Source: a virus
Taxonomy: Duplodnaviria; Caudoviricetes
Reading direction: 5' to 3' (one strand)
Length of the DNA: 26,554 nt
Virus record (IMG/VR): IMGVR_UViG_3300032103_000278
Coordinates: 1 to 26,554 of that record
The notes under the pieces were generated by a model that was given only the letters and a program-made list of their open reading frames with translations, did not search any database and was not told the origin of the DNA. Below, piece after piece: positions 17,204-26,523 of this stretch. The position numbers and the translations under genes are program-made. Position 1 is the stretch's first letter, and every line of letters begins with the position of its first letter.

Positions 17204-18128
17204 GCTAAGTTCATTCATAGAAATAGGTAATCTGGTATTCGACTGGGTAAACGAAGTGGCGATTGAAAGTAGTTTTAAAAGCCTTACCGATACCTGTGTG
17301 ATTAAGTTTCCGAGAAATCTGAATTTAAGGAGTAAAAGCATTAAAGACTTAATAAGCAAAGGCGATAAGGTAATTGTTAAATTGGGCTATGATGATGTAT
17401 TAAATACCGAATTTGAAGGCTATGTTGCAGGTGTAAAGCCTAATGTTCCCCTCGAAATAAGTTGCGAAGATGAAATGTATAAACTCAAAACAGGCAGCCT
17501 AAAAAAGAGCTGGCGAAATGTAAACTTATCGGAAGTAATTAAATTTATAACTCCAAGCTATACCACAGATATATATGAAGCCGAATTGGGTAGTTTTTCG
17601 ATAAATAATGAAACCCCCGCACAGGTTCTTATGCGGATAAAAGATACTTATGGTTTGTATAGCTATTTTAAAGACAAAGTGCTGGTATGCGGCAAAGTAT
17701 ATAGCCTGATAAGCAATAAAGAACATGCGTATCATTTTCAGCAGAATATAATAAGCCACAGTTTAGAATATCGCAAAAAAGATGAACTAAAAATAAAAGT
17801 AAAAGCCATAAGCACCAGCGGAGATAATAGTAAAATAGAAGTTGAAGTAGGGGATAAAGACGGCGAGGAGCATACACTTAATTTTTATAAATTAAGTAAA
17901 ACCGAATTAGAGAAAAGAGCAAGAGAAGAAATGATAAAATTGGGCTACGATGGCTATAAAGGCACGTTTACCAGTTTTGGAATACCACAAGCCAAGCATG
18001 GCGATAAAGCCATATTGAGCGATGCCGAATATAAAGAAAGGAGTGGAAGCTATGCCATATTTGGTGTAAAAACTACGTTTGGAATTAGCGGGTTTAGAAG
18101 AGAAATTGAACTTGGACAAAAATGTTAG
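17196..18128 (+). CDS. Baseplate hub (late control D / Mu gp44-like)
   Basis: Motifs LTDTCVIKFP, LGY...EFEGYV, CEDEMYKLK, GYKGTFTSFG. Confidence 0.85.
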   Translation: MYKLSSFIEIGNLVFDWVNEVAIESSFKSLTDTCVIKFPRNLNLRSKSIKDLISKGDKVIVKLGYDDVLNTEFEGYVAGVKPNVPLEISCEDEMYKLKTGSLKKSWRNVNLSEVIKFITPSYTTDIYEAELGSFSINNETPAQVLMRIKDTYGLYSYFKDKVLVCGKVYSLISNKEHAYHFQQNIISHSLEYRKKDELKIKVKAISTSGDNSKIEVEVGDKDGEEHTLNFYKLSKTELEKRAREEMIKLGYDGYKGTFTSFGIPQAKHGDKAILSDAEYKERSGSYAIFGVKTTFGISGFRREIELGQKC

Positions 18129-18132
18129 TGCT

Positions 18133-18651
18133 ATGATTGACTTGTTAAATAAAATAATAGACAAAAGGCTGACACTGATTAATAAGGTAGGTAAAGTAAT
18201 ATCGGTAGATAAAACCAATGCAAGCTGCGATATAGAACCACTAAACGGCGAAGCCGATAAACTAGAAGTAAGATTAACAGCACAGCTTGGCAACGCCAAT
18301 GGTTTTGTGATATATCCGAAGGTTGGAAGTTATGTAATATTTGCTTCGGTTGATAATTTACCTGATTTGAGTTATGTGAGTAAGTTTTCGGAAATTGACG
18401 AAATTGTGATAAACAAAGGAATTAATGAAGGAATGGTGAAAGCTCCCGATTTGGTAAAGCGTTTGAATTTGATTGAAAAGGCATTTAATAAGCTTTTAAA
18501 CGCATACAATAATCATACTCACGAGGTATCAACAGCTGGCAGTGCGACAGCTCAGAGTGGAACTGCAGCTGCTACATCATCGGGGGGTGGTACTGAAATT
18601 GCTCCTATATCAAAGCTGATAGATATTGAAAACTCTAAAATAAAACACTGA
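18133..18651 (+). CDS. Baseplate spike (gpV / Mu gp45-like)
   Basis: OB-fold-like N-terminus (YPKVGSYV) and an HxH tip motif (NNHTH). ATG 18133 is preferred. Confidence 0.8.
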   Translation: MIDLLNKIIDKRLTLINKVGKVISVDKTNASCDIEPLNGEADKLEVRLTAQLGNANGFVIYPKVGSYVIFASVDNLPDLSYVSKFSEIDEIVINKGINEGMVKAPDLVKRLNLIEKAFNKLLNAYNNHTHEVSTAGSATAQSGTAAATSSGGGTEIAPISKLIDIENSKIKH

Positions 18652-18690
18652 GTTAGTTTGTAAATTTTGTAAAGTAATAAAGTTGAAAGT

Positions 18691-18987
18691 ATGCATGATA
18701 TTTTGTTAGACGAAAATGGCGATTTGGTAGTTAAGAATGGTGATCTTTTGATAGGAAACAGTGCATTGCAGCATTTAGATTTGCTATTGCAAAGCAATAA
18801 AGGCGACTGGAAAGAATATCCGCTGGTTGGTGTTGATTTGAATAAAAGCATTAATTCAACAATGAGTTTGCAAAATACTGATGCCATTACTAAGCAAATA
18901 AAACTGCAGATGGAAATGGATGGTTTTACAGGAGTAAAAATAAATGGGACTATTAAAGATATTGAAATATTTGCTAACGAAATATAA
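18691..18987 (+). CDS. Baseplate wedge / sheath initiator (gpW / gp46-like)
   Basis: Motifs DILLDENGDL, KGDWKEYPLVGV. Confidence 0.75.
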   Translation: MHDILLDENGDLVVKNGDLLIGNSALQHLDLLLQSNKGDWKEYPLVGVDLNKSINSTMSLQNTDAITKQIKLQMEMDGFTGVKINGTIKDIEIFANEI

Positions 18988-18989
18988 GA

Positions 18990-19277
18990 ATGAAAAATGT
19001 AAAAGTACAATCAGGTCAAGCGCTATTTGATATTGCACTACTTGAATATGGAAGTATTTCTTCAGTATTTCAAATAGCAGAAGATAACGCAATAGATATT
19101 ATAACTGATGAATTAATTCCTGGATCGGAATTAATGATTGATGAGAATTTAATAATTGATAAAAATGTAGTTATGTATTTTATAGACAATAATATAAATA
19201 TTGCAACAGAAATTAAGCAGGATGTATTGCAAGGGATAGGTTATTGGCAAATTGGAGTTGATTTTGTGGTTAGTTAA
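18990..19277 (+). CDS. LysM / tail X-like baseplate protein
   Basis: Motif VQSGQALFDIALLEYGS...IAEDN. Confidence 0.8.
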   Translation: MKNVKVQSGQALFDIALLEYGSISSVFQIAEDNAIDIITDELIPGSELMIDENLIIDKNVVMYFIDNNINIATEIKQDVLQGIGYWQIGVDFVVS

Positions 19278-19317
19278 AAAGTATGTAAAGTTCTTAAAGT
19301 TTGTAAAGTTAAAAAGT

Positions 19318-20130
19318 ATGGCAAGGACAATTTCGGAAATAAAAAATATAATTATAACAGCAAAAAATAATGAAGCTGTGTTAACAGGGCTGAATTCAAA
19401 CTCAAGTACATCTATATTTAATTTGTGGGCATATATAGTTGCTGTGGCTATTTGGACATTGGAAGTATTGTTTGATAATCATAAAAAAGAAGTAGATAAT
19501 AAAATAAATTCGATGATACCAGGAACAATAAGGTGGTATCATTCAATAGCATTAAAATTTCAATATGGAGATATTTTGGAATGGGTAATTGATAAATATA
19601 CTTATCCTTTAAAAGATATTAATAAGCAAATTGTAAAAAGAGTAGCTGTAAAAGAAGTTGCTGGGCAGCTACGAATAAAAGTATGTAAAGAAACAGCAGG
19701 AGTGCCCGAAGCATTAAGTACACAGGAGCTATATAGTTTTAAGTCTTATATGAATAAGGTAAAATTTGCAGGGACAAATATATCGATAATAAGTTATGGA
19801 GCATGTGAAGTAGATGTGAGACTAAATTTACTATATAATCCGCTATTATTAAATTCGAATGGAACAACAATTATAAATGGAACTCCAGTAATAAAAAATG
19901 CCATAGATGAATATTTAAAAAATATAGTATATGGAGGAGAATTGAATAAGACAAAGCTTATAGATGCATTGCAAAAAGTAGAAGGAGTAGATGATGTATA
20001 TATAGAGTTATTGAGAGTAAAAGAGGATGGAGCTGCATTATTTTCAAATGTATTAACTCAAAATTATGAGTCGATTTCGGGATATTTTATTTTGAATACA
20101 TTAACATTAACATCAAATGCAAATGTTTAG
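19318..20130 (+). CDS. Baseplate J-like wedge protein
   Basis: Motifs MARTISEIK, PGTIRWY, KFAGT, LIDALQKVEGV. Confidence 0.8.
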   Translation: MARTISEIKNIIITAKNNEAVLTGLNSNSSTSIFNLWAYIVAVAIWTLEVLFDNHKKEVDNKINSMIPGTIRWYHSIALKFQYGDILEWVIDKYTYPLKDINKQIVKRVAVKEVAGQLRIKVCKETAGVPEALSTQELYSFKSYMNKVKFAGTNISIISYGACEVDVRLNLLYNPLLLNSNGTTIINGTPVIKNAIDEYLKNIVYGGELNKTKLIDALQKVEGVDDVYIELLRVKEDGAALFSNVLTQNYESISGYFILNTLTLTSNANV

Positions 20131-20611
20131 TATAGATTATAATTTATTAGTTAAAAATCTACTGCCAGTAATGCTACGCAAATCAAAAATAGAAGCATTA
20201 TTAAGGAGCCTAATTTCGCCAGTAAAATTATTGTATTTAAATTATAATGAGTATAGGAGTAAAGTAAATAAAAGAGTTGAATATACAGGTCAAGTAATTT
20301 ATCTTGAAAAATTATTAAGAGATAGATATAATGAACAAGGGATATCAATAATAGATATAAGTAATTTAGATTATAATTATTTGTTAAATAAGTCGGAGAG
20401 TAGTAAAAGAATAGTATTATATAATAAATTAGAAGATGAAACAAAATATTATATTAAAAATTCGAGTGAATTTGTTACTCAAAATCATTTTATTGTAAAA
20501 ATACCATCAACACTATATATTAATTTGGGAGTGGGGGGATTAAACAAAATGAAAGGGTTAATAGATATTTACAGAATAACAGGGAAGAAATATTTAATTG
20601 AAACAATATGA
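20117..20611 (+). CDS. Baseplate wedge protein (gpI-like)
   Basis: Motifs LLPVMLRK, GQVIYLEKLL; directly after J. Confidence 0.7.
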   Translation: MQMFSIDYNLLVKNLLPVMLRKSKIEALLRSLISPVKLLYLNYNEYRSKVNKRVEYTGQVIYLEKLLRDRYNEQGISIIDISNLDYNYLLNKSESSKRIVLYNKLEDETKYYIKNSSEFVTQNHFIVKIPSTLYINLGVGGLNKMKGLIDIYRITGKKYLIETI

Positions 20612-21417
20612 ATAAGTTAAAAACAACGGATAATGGAGGATTTCCATTTGTATTGGATGATATAAGGTGGATTGATAATGCAGTAAGAGAAGCATTTAAA
20701 GGCTTAGTAAGTTCATTAGGAATAACAGCCACAGAATCGTTTAAAATAAGCGGTTGCGTGGTAAGCAATGTGGGCAATGTATATAGCTGGACAGAAGGGT
20801 ATATATATTTATTAGGGGAAATAATGAAAGTAGAATCTGGAAGTATAACAACCCCAATGCAGCCGTGGCAGCAAAATTACGGATTATACTGGCAATTAGA
20901 TGTTAGTTATGATGCAACAGGTATTAAAATATTTGAAAGTGGCATTTCGTATGATACATATGAGATTAGAAAGGGAAAGTTGGTTTATGGTGCATATCCA
21001 ACAAACCAAAATGGTATAATAGATTATATGTCTAGTAATGCTAAATATATGCATACTAAGTTGTTAGAATTGTTAACGAGTCAAGAAATATTATCAAAAA
21101 TTATAACTAGTGAATTGTCTGAAAAACTTCTAAATGCTGAAGAAAATTGGAAAAAAGCGATATTACTCAACAATTATAGCAATCAAGGAAGTCCATTTGC
21201 AGAAGTATCTTATAAGAAGGATATGTTGAATATGATTCATATAAAAGGACTTGCAACAAAAGCTACACCAGATTATATGGCGATATTTAACTTGCCAATA
21301 GGGTATAGGCCAGCAGAGGAAAGAAATATAGGAGGTATTAAAATAAAATCAAATGGCGATGTGGCAAGTTATATGAACACAACAAGTATAAATTTAGAAT
21401 TATCATTTAAAATATAA
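20608..21417 (+). CDS. Tail fibre protein
   Basis: N-terminal GGFPFVLDD and C-terminal IFNLPIGYRP fibre-type motif. Confidence 0.7.
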   Translation: MNKLKTTDNGGFPFVLDDIRWIDNAVREAFKGLVSSLGITATESFKISGCVVSNVGNVYSWTEGYIYLLGEIMKVESGSITTPMQPWQQNYGLYWQLDVSYDATGIKIFESGISYDTYEIRKGKLVYGAYPTNQNGIIDYMSSNAKYMHTKLLELLTSQEILSKIITSELSEKLLNAEENWKKAILLNNYSNQGSPFAEVSYKKDMLNMIHIKGLATKATPDYMAIFNLPIGYRPAEERNIGGIKIKSNGDVASYMNTTSINLELSFKI

Positions 21418-21421
21418 GAAA

Positions 21422-21757
21422 ATGTCAGCAAAATCAGTACAAATATTAAAATCGTGGTTTGAAACCAATAAAAAGCCCACAGAGCAACAATTTCACGATT
21501 TAATAGATAGTTTTTATAATAAAACTGAAAATTTAGATGTGGATAATGGTTTATATGTTAATGGAATAAAAGTGATAACATCTCAACAAGAAGGTATAAA
21601 TAAGTTGGGTGCAGAATTTATATCGGAGCTTGGAGGAATATCAGGCGATTATAATTCGGATGTAATGGTTATAAATGAGGTAATGTTATCAATGCGATCT
21701 AGGATTGATGAATTAATTAGTAAACTTGAAACACATGGATTAATAGCGATATTATGA
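21422..21757 (+). CDS. Tail fibre-associated small protein
   Basis: N-terminal LKSWFETNKKPTEQQFHDLIDS, a motif I recognise from Bacteroidota phage fibre proteins. Confidence 0.55.
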   Translation: MSAKSVQILKSWFETNKKPTEQQFHDLIDSFYNKTENLDVDNGLYVNGIKVITSQQEGINKLGAEFISELGGISGDYNSDVMVINEVMLSMRSRIDELISKLETHGLIAIL

Positions 21758-24129
21758 GAGAAATTTTAATAAAAATAAATGTAAAAGGGCAGGTATTTAT
21801 TGAAAATTCAATAAATTTTGAGGGGGAACATAATGCGACTAAGCTTAAATTTGAAATATCTGCAGATTGGAGAGATAAAATCTTATATCTTGATGCAATT
21901 TATACAAATAATTCAGGACAGCAAAAAATTCAGTTTCCACCGTTATTGGAAGTTGATGGAGAAATTGCATTTTTTATACCTCAAATTTTGACTTTTTCGC
22001 AAAAAGTTAATTTTCAGTTAATAGCAAAAAGTGCTGATGGTAGTATAATATTAGCTTCAGATATTTTTAGTTTGTTTTTTAAAAAATCTATAAATGCAAC
22101 TCCTTCTAATATACCTGCTGTTCAAGATGTAATTGGTATTTTATTTGAACAAATAAGCAATGTTGATATAAAAATAGAAAATACGATAGATTGGATTTTT
22201 GAACAAGACGAATTTATTAAGTCAGATTATCTGCAAAAATTCAATGAACTAAGCGAAGCTTTAGATTTTAATATATCAGAATTGTCTACTTATGTAGAAA
22301 ATTTAGAATCATCTTTAACATTGTTAATTAATGATGTTAAAGATTCAATAATTAACGGAGCTCCTGGTGTATTGGATACGCTTTTAGAAATATCAAATGC
22401 TTTGCAAGGGAATCCGAACGTTATAAATGAACTTATAACCTCAATTGCTGGTAAGGTCGATAAAATTACAGGGAAGGGACTTTCAACTAATGATTTAACG
22501 GTTAATTTAGTTAATGCAATTAGTGCTAATACAGAAGCAAGGCATTCACATAGTAATAAGTCAGTTCTGGATTTAATTACTTCACAAGACAAGCAGAACT
22601 ACGATTTAGCAGCCACGCAATCTCACACCCATATTGATTTAGCAATTTTAAATTCGATTGATAATATTTGGAAAATAGCTGTTGATAATGCCGTTGCCCG
22701 CTTAGCTGCTAAGTTAAATGGAATAGATATTAATTTAAATCAAATAGGATTAACACATTTAACAACTGCCTTGCAGCAACTGATTGGCAGCAATAATAAT
22801 ATTACGAATTACGCTGACGACAATAGTCTTATAAGTTATGTCGAAAATTCAGTAAATAAGATGAAATTTGCGGGTAATTGGGGCGAAGATAAAAAAGGGT
22901 ATCAATTAGATGGAGGTACATCATTTATTACTTCAACATTTACAGGAATTGTAAATTCCTTTGCATTTTGGATTTTCCCAACAGCAAATAACAGGGGAAT
23001 ATTGAATTTTGGAACTAATCTAACGGTGTCCATTAATGCAGCTAATTTAATTACTTTAGGAAATGGGGTGACAAACTCAATAATTTACGTCAATACCTTT
23101 TTAACTAATACAATCACTCTTAATACTTGGAATTTTGTAATGATAAGTTGCGATGCATTTACAGCAACAACTTTTGAATACGGAAGGGTGGGCAGTAGTT
23201 ATTTTATGGGAAAAATATCAAGCTTATATCTCTTTAATAGAGCTTTTGTAGCTGCTGACTATTATAATTTTTTCAACAACGGAAAAGCTGATTTTGTCAT
23301 TCCACATTCTGCAAAATCTGCCTCGAATTTTGAGCGGGTGAAAAATGGTGGGTTTGACACTTCGGCAAATTGGGGATTAACGCCAACTTTTTCGATTAGT
23401 AATGGCAAATTAAATTGTATCAGCGATGGAACATATCAGTCCGCATACCAGCTAAACGCTGCAATTCCTGGTAAATTATATAAAATTACCTTAACTGTAT
23501 CCGATTATGTTTCTGGCGCGATTAGGGTCGGTAATAGCGGAACTATTGGCAACTTCTTTGTATTATCGTCAAATGGAACGCATTCCGCTGCAATAATTAT
23601 GAACTCTCATGTATTTTACATCGAAGGGCATCCTGCCTGTAATATGAAGGTTGATAATGTTAGTATAATTCAACTTGGCTGCATTATGGAATTACGGGGG
23701 GAAAGTGCTGGCAATACTACAATTTTAGATTCTTCTGGCAACGGATTTCACGGCACAGTTAGCGGTAACTTATATTTAATTGAATTGCAAAATATACAAA
23801 AAATTTGGACGGGGAACTTTACAACTAATATTGCGGTTGGCGTTGCAAATAGAGATTTAGCAATCCCTGCTGGCTATATGATTGAGACGATTACATTAAG
23901 AAATAACACAGCTGGCAGTATTACTAATTTTCAAGCTATATTAAATCCCGCAAGTTGGAATCAAACGTTAATTTCTGGTAAGACTATTGCCACAGGGTTA
24001 ACAGTAGAATATTCGACTTTGGCAGATAGAAATGTGGATAATGTAAATAATATGATTTTACGATTTTATTGCTCTGGCAATGGTGCTGGCGGTATTGATA
24101 TTATGGTATTATTACGACGGAAAGATTGA
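21754..24129 (+). CDS. Large receptor-binding / fibre protein (BppU-like N-terminus, fibre repeats, LamG-like and CBM-like domains)
   Basis: Motifs GEHNATKLKF; GAPGVLDTLLEISNAL; KVDKITGKGLSTND; LNTWNFV...FMGKISSLYLFNRAF; VKNGGFD...VDNVSI. Confidence 0.7.
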   Translation: MREILIKINVKGQVFIENSINFEGEHNATKLKFEISADWRDKILYLDAIYTNNSGQQKIQFPPLLEVDGEIAFFIPQILTFSQKVNFQLIAKSADGSIILASDIFSLFFKKSINATPSNIPAVQDVIGILFEQISNVDIKIENTIDWIFEQDEFIKSDYLQKFNELSEALDFNISELSTYVENLESSLTLLINDVKDSIINGAPGVLDTLLEISNALQGNPNVINELITSIAGKVDKITGKGLSTNDLTVNLVNAISANTEARHSHSNKSVLDLITSQDKQNYDLAATQSHTHIDLAILNSIDNIWKIAVDNAVARLAAKLNGIDINLNQIGLTHLTTALQQLIGSNNNITNYADDNSLISYVENSVNKMKFAGNWGEDKKGYQLDGGTSFITSTFTGIVNSFAFWIFPTANNRGILNFGTNLTVSINAANLITLGNGVTNSIIYVNTFLTNTITLNTWNFVMISCDAFTATTFEYGRVGSSYFMGKISSLYLFNRAFVAADYYNFFNNGKADFVIPHSAKSASNFERVKNGGFDTSANWGLTPTFSISNGKLNCISDGTYQSAYQLNAAIPGKLYKITLTVSDYVSGAIRVGNSGTIGNFFVLSSNGTHSAAIIMNSHVFYIEGHPACNMKVDNVSIIQLGCIMELRGESAGNTTILDSSGNGFHGTVSGNLYLIELQNIQKIWTGNFTTNIAVGVANRDLAIPAGYMIETITLRNNTAGSITNFQAILNPASWNQTLISGKTIATGLTVEYSTLADRNVDNVNNMILRFYCSGNGAGGIDIMVLLRRKD

Positions 24130-24165
24130 TTTGACAATGCATATATAGAGTAATTTTAACAAAAA

Positions 24166-24191
24166 AAAAGGCAGTCGAAAGGCTGCCTTTT
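24166..24191. terminator. Intrinsic terminator ending the tail operon
   Basis: aaaaggcagtc-gaaa-ggctgcctttt. Confidence 0.8.
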
Positions 24192-24224
24192 AAATTGGTA
24201 TTTAAATAATGTTTAAATTTGTAA

Positions 24225-24276
24225 AAAAGTGTACTTTTCGATTTTGAAAAGTGTATTTTTCGTTTTTGGAATTATA
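24225..24276 (-). repeat. Right-end putative transposase-binding sites (2 x 22-bp tandem)
   Basis: aaaagtgtacttttcgattttg (24225-24246) and aaaagtgtatttttcgtttttg (24247-24268), inverted relative to the left-end motifs. Confidence 0.78.
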
Positions 24277-24318
24277 AATTACTGAAAAAATAAATAATAA
24301 CAGAATTAATTTTTTCAT
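24277..24318 (-). pseudogene. N-terminal signal-peptide part of the disrupted TPR gene
   Basis: ATG at 24318 reads MKKLILLLFIFSVI and joins LSINGQ... at 667. Confidence 0.8.
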
Positions 24319-24449
24319 AACTTTTATTTTTTTATTTTGAAATACATCCAATACCCCAACAAAAACAATCCAAGGTCATTCCGTTAATTGTATAATTCTA
24401 ATATGACAAAGGTCTGTGATATTGGCAATAAACTGCCCATGTACTAGCA

Positions 24450-25042
24450 TTATTTATTATTTAATTGGCTAATTATTCTTTTTATATCATTTTTATACAT
24501 AGGATCAAAAGCTAATAATTCCTGCTTATTATTAATCATTATCATTAAGGAAATATAATGCTTTAAATTTTTACTAGGAAATAATTCGTCAAGAAATTTT
24601 TTTAATTTAGGGAAATCATCTGTATAAGTTCCTTTATAAATAGCAGAACCCAAAGCGTAAGATTGCATGAAATATTTAATAGAGAATAATACTTTTTGGT
24701 TGGCAGCTAGATCATTTGATATAGAAATTAGTACAAAAGTTGCATCCTCTTTATTATCTTCGATAATTTCTTTATAAATTTCTTTTAAAGCTTTACAACA
24801 TCCTTTACACCATGGTGCCCAAAATATAAGACAACTTACTTTTCCTCTTGTACACAATTCTTTAATGTCTTTTGATGATATTTTTTGAATATTAATTTTA
24901 GTATAATGACTTACGGTATCTATTTTCCCAATATCCTCTTTTTTGAATTCAGAAAATTCTTTTATAAATACCGTTTCAATGTTTTTTTTTGTATTCTGCC
25001 TACAATATCTGAGTTATTGCATACAATTAGCATTATAAACAT
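24450..25042 (-). pseudogene. Thioredoxin-like (TlpA-type) protein with a frameshifted N-terminus
   Basis: FWAPWCKGC motif. The frame is open up to 25013 but blocked by TAA at 25016-25014. The hydrophobic start MFIMLIVC (ATG 25042) is in another frame. Confidence 0.55.
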
Positions 25043-25083
25043 AAAAAAAAATACTTTAGTAATTTTCTTTTTTTAATTGTATT

Positions 25084-25123
25084 AAACATAAAAGACATGA
25101 AATAATGCATGCCTTTTATGTTT
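25084..25123 (-). terminator. Hairpin after the lipoprotein gene
   Basis: 16-bp stem aaacataaaaggcatg / catgtcttttatgttt, with one G-U pair on the minus strand. Confidence 0.65.
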
Positions 25124-25132
25124 GTTAATAAA

Positions 25133-25705
25133 TTAGTGAACACCTAAATTAATAAATGTAATACCATCTATTATTTGATATTGAATATTTCCTTTTTCAA
25201 TTACTATAGGCTCATTATATCCAAACTCAGTTAAAAAACCCTCATCGTCTATAACTAAATCAGAAGTTAAGTGTATCAATCTCTCAGTATTAATTAATCT
25301 GTTAAATGATGTTTGATCTTCTCCTTCGTTCATACAACATAAAATTTCGCCTTTATCATTTTTCACAATTAAACAATTTAGGCTAATATCAGGGTTTGAA
25401 TTGCAAATACCTGTATGAATAACTAACTTACAAATTGCATCACATGGATTACACCCTTCTTTATACAAATTCCCATTTGGATAATAAACAGCGTAATAAA
25501 AACCACTTTTAATATCTATAGTAATATTGAATAATTCTCTAATAAATTTTGCTAATTTTCTTAGCATTTCTTCGTATCCCGGACTTGCTTTTTTAGGTAA
25601 AATTTTATCAATTTTATTTTCATTGGGAATAGGAATCTCTTTTTTACAATAACAAAAAATTGTGCAGATAATAGTAAAACTTAATATGATTGAAATCTTT
25701 TTCAT
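25133..25705 (-). CDS. Putative lipoprotein of unknown function
   Basis: MKK plus a hydrophobic stretch, then YC-KKE (lipoprotein-like signal); internal CxxCxxxC. Confidence 0.7.
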   Translation of the reverse strand: MKKISIILSFTIICTIFCYCKKEIPIPNENKIDKILPKKASPGYEEMLRKLAKFIRELFNITIDIKSGFYYAVYYPNGNLYKEGCNPCDAICKLVIHTGICNSNPDISLNCLIVKNDKGEILCCMNEGEDQTSFNRLINTERLIHLTSDLVIDDEGFLTEFGYNEPIVIEKGNIQYQIIDGITFINLGVH

Positions 25706-25909
25706 TTTGTTTAATTTTTAAAAATTTATGTTTTTTATTGACTTATAAAGGCAATTGCAAATGATTTATTTTCAACACATTGAATGCATACAATTGCCCA
25801 AAAACACTTAAGTTGGTCTTGCATAATTTATTAAAATAACACAAATCTAAAAATTTCGTGGCAGTTGCTAACTGGTATTTTTTTGGTAAATTTGGTAGTT
25901 ATACCTTTA

Positions 25910-25970
25910 TACAAGGTACAAGGTACAAGGTACAAGGTACAAGGTACAAGGTACAAGGTACAAGGTACAA
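25910..25970. repeat. 7-bp tandem repeat (TACAAGG) x8 plus a partial copy
   Basis: Perfect repeats read directly from the sequence. Confidence 0.95.
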
Positions 25971-26179
25971 ATAAAAGAAAAGTATCATAATTTTCAAAGT
26001 GCTCATTTGTTGATATTTATATATTGACTTCCATCTGCTTTTTCTAAATTTTTCGTAAGTTTACAAACATTTTAAGCCAATTTACTTATAAAATAAAATA
26101 TTTTGTTAATTTTTGTTAACACATTTCCACTTTAACGATTCTGTATATGATTCTGATTTTAAAAATCATTAGCCCTTTT

Positions 26180-26228
26180 GTGGGAATTACTGGAGTCGAA
26201 CCAGTGACCCTCCCGTTGTAACGGGATG

Positions 26229-26230
<2 letters not shown>
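26180..26230 (-). ncRNA. tRNA-Val(TAC)-derived 3' fragment (pseudo-tRNA repeat)
   Basis: AGCATCCCG-TTACAA-CGGGAGGGTCACTGGTTCGACTCCAGTAATTCCCACA has a T-arm and an anticodon-like arm, but no 5' acceptor strand or D-arm. Confidence 0.75.
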
Positions 26231-26507
<277 letters not shown>

Positions 26508-26523
26508 TTAATGAAGCCCTTTT

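Larger units (their letters stand above)
672..24276. mobile_element. Mu-like transposable prophage (myovirus-type), lacking the early transposition/replication module
   Basis: Mu-like head genes (gpG, gpF, DUF935-type portal, gp36-like, terminases), contractile tail genes, inverted end motifs and a split host gene at both edges. Boundaries are uncertain by about 2 bp. Confidence 0.88.

Noticed and set aside
11989-21417. Tailocin or extracellular contractile injection system
   Set aside because: Capsid, portal, protease and terminases are present and phage ends are visible; there is no eCIS AAA ATPase.
2832-22592. Many short antisense or alternate-frame ORFs in the track (e.g. 2832-3149, 6445-6918, 12915-13328, 18552-19010, 22290-22592)
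   Set aside because: They are shadows of well-supported phage genes and have no motifs of their own.
20608-24276. Diversity-generating retroelement or invertible fibre cassette
   Set aside because: No reverse transcriptase or invertase gene, and I saw no template/variable repeat pair.
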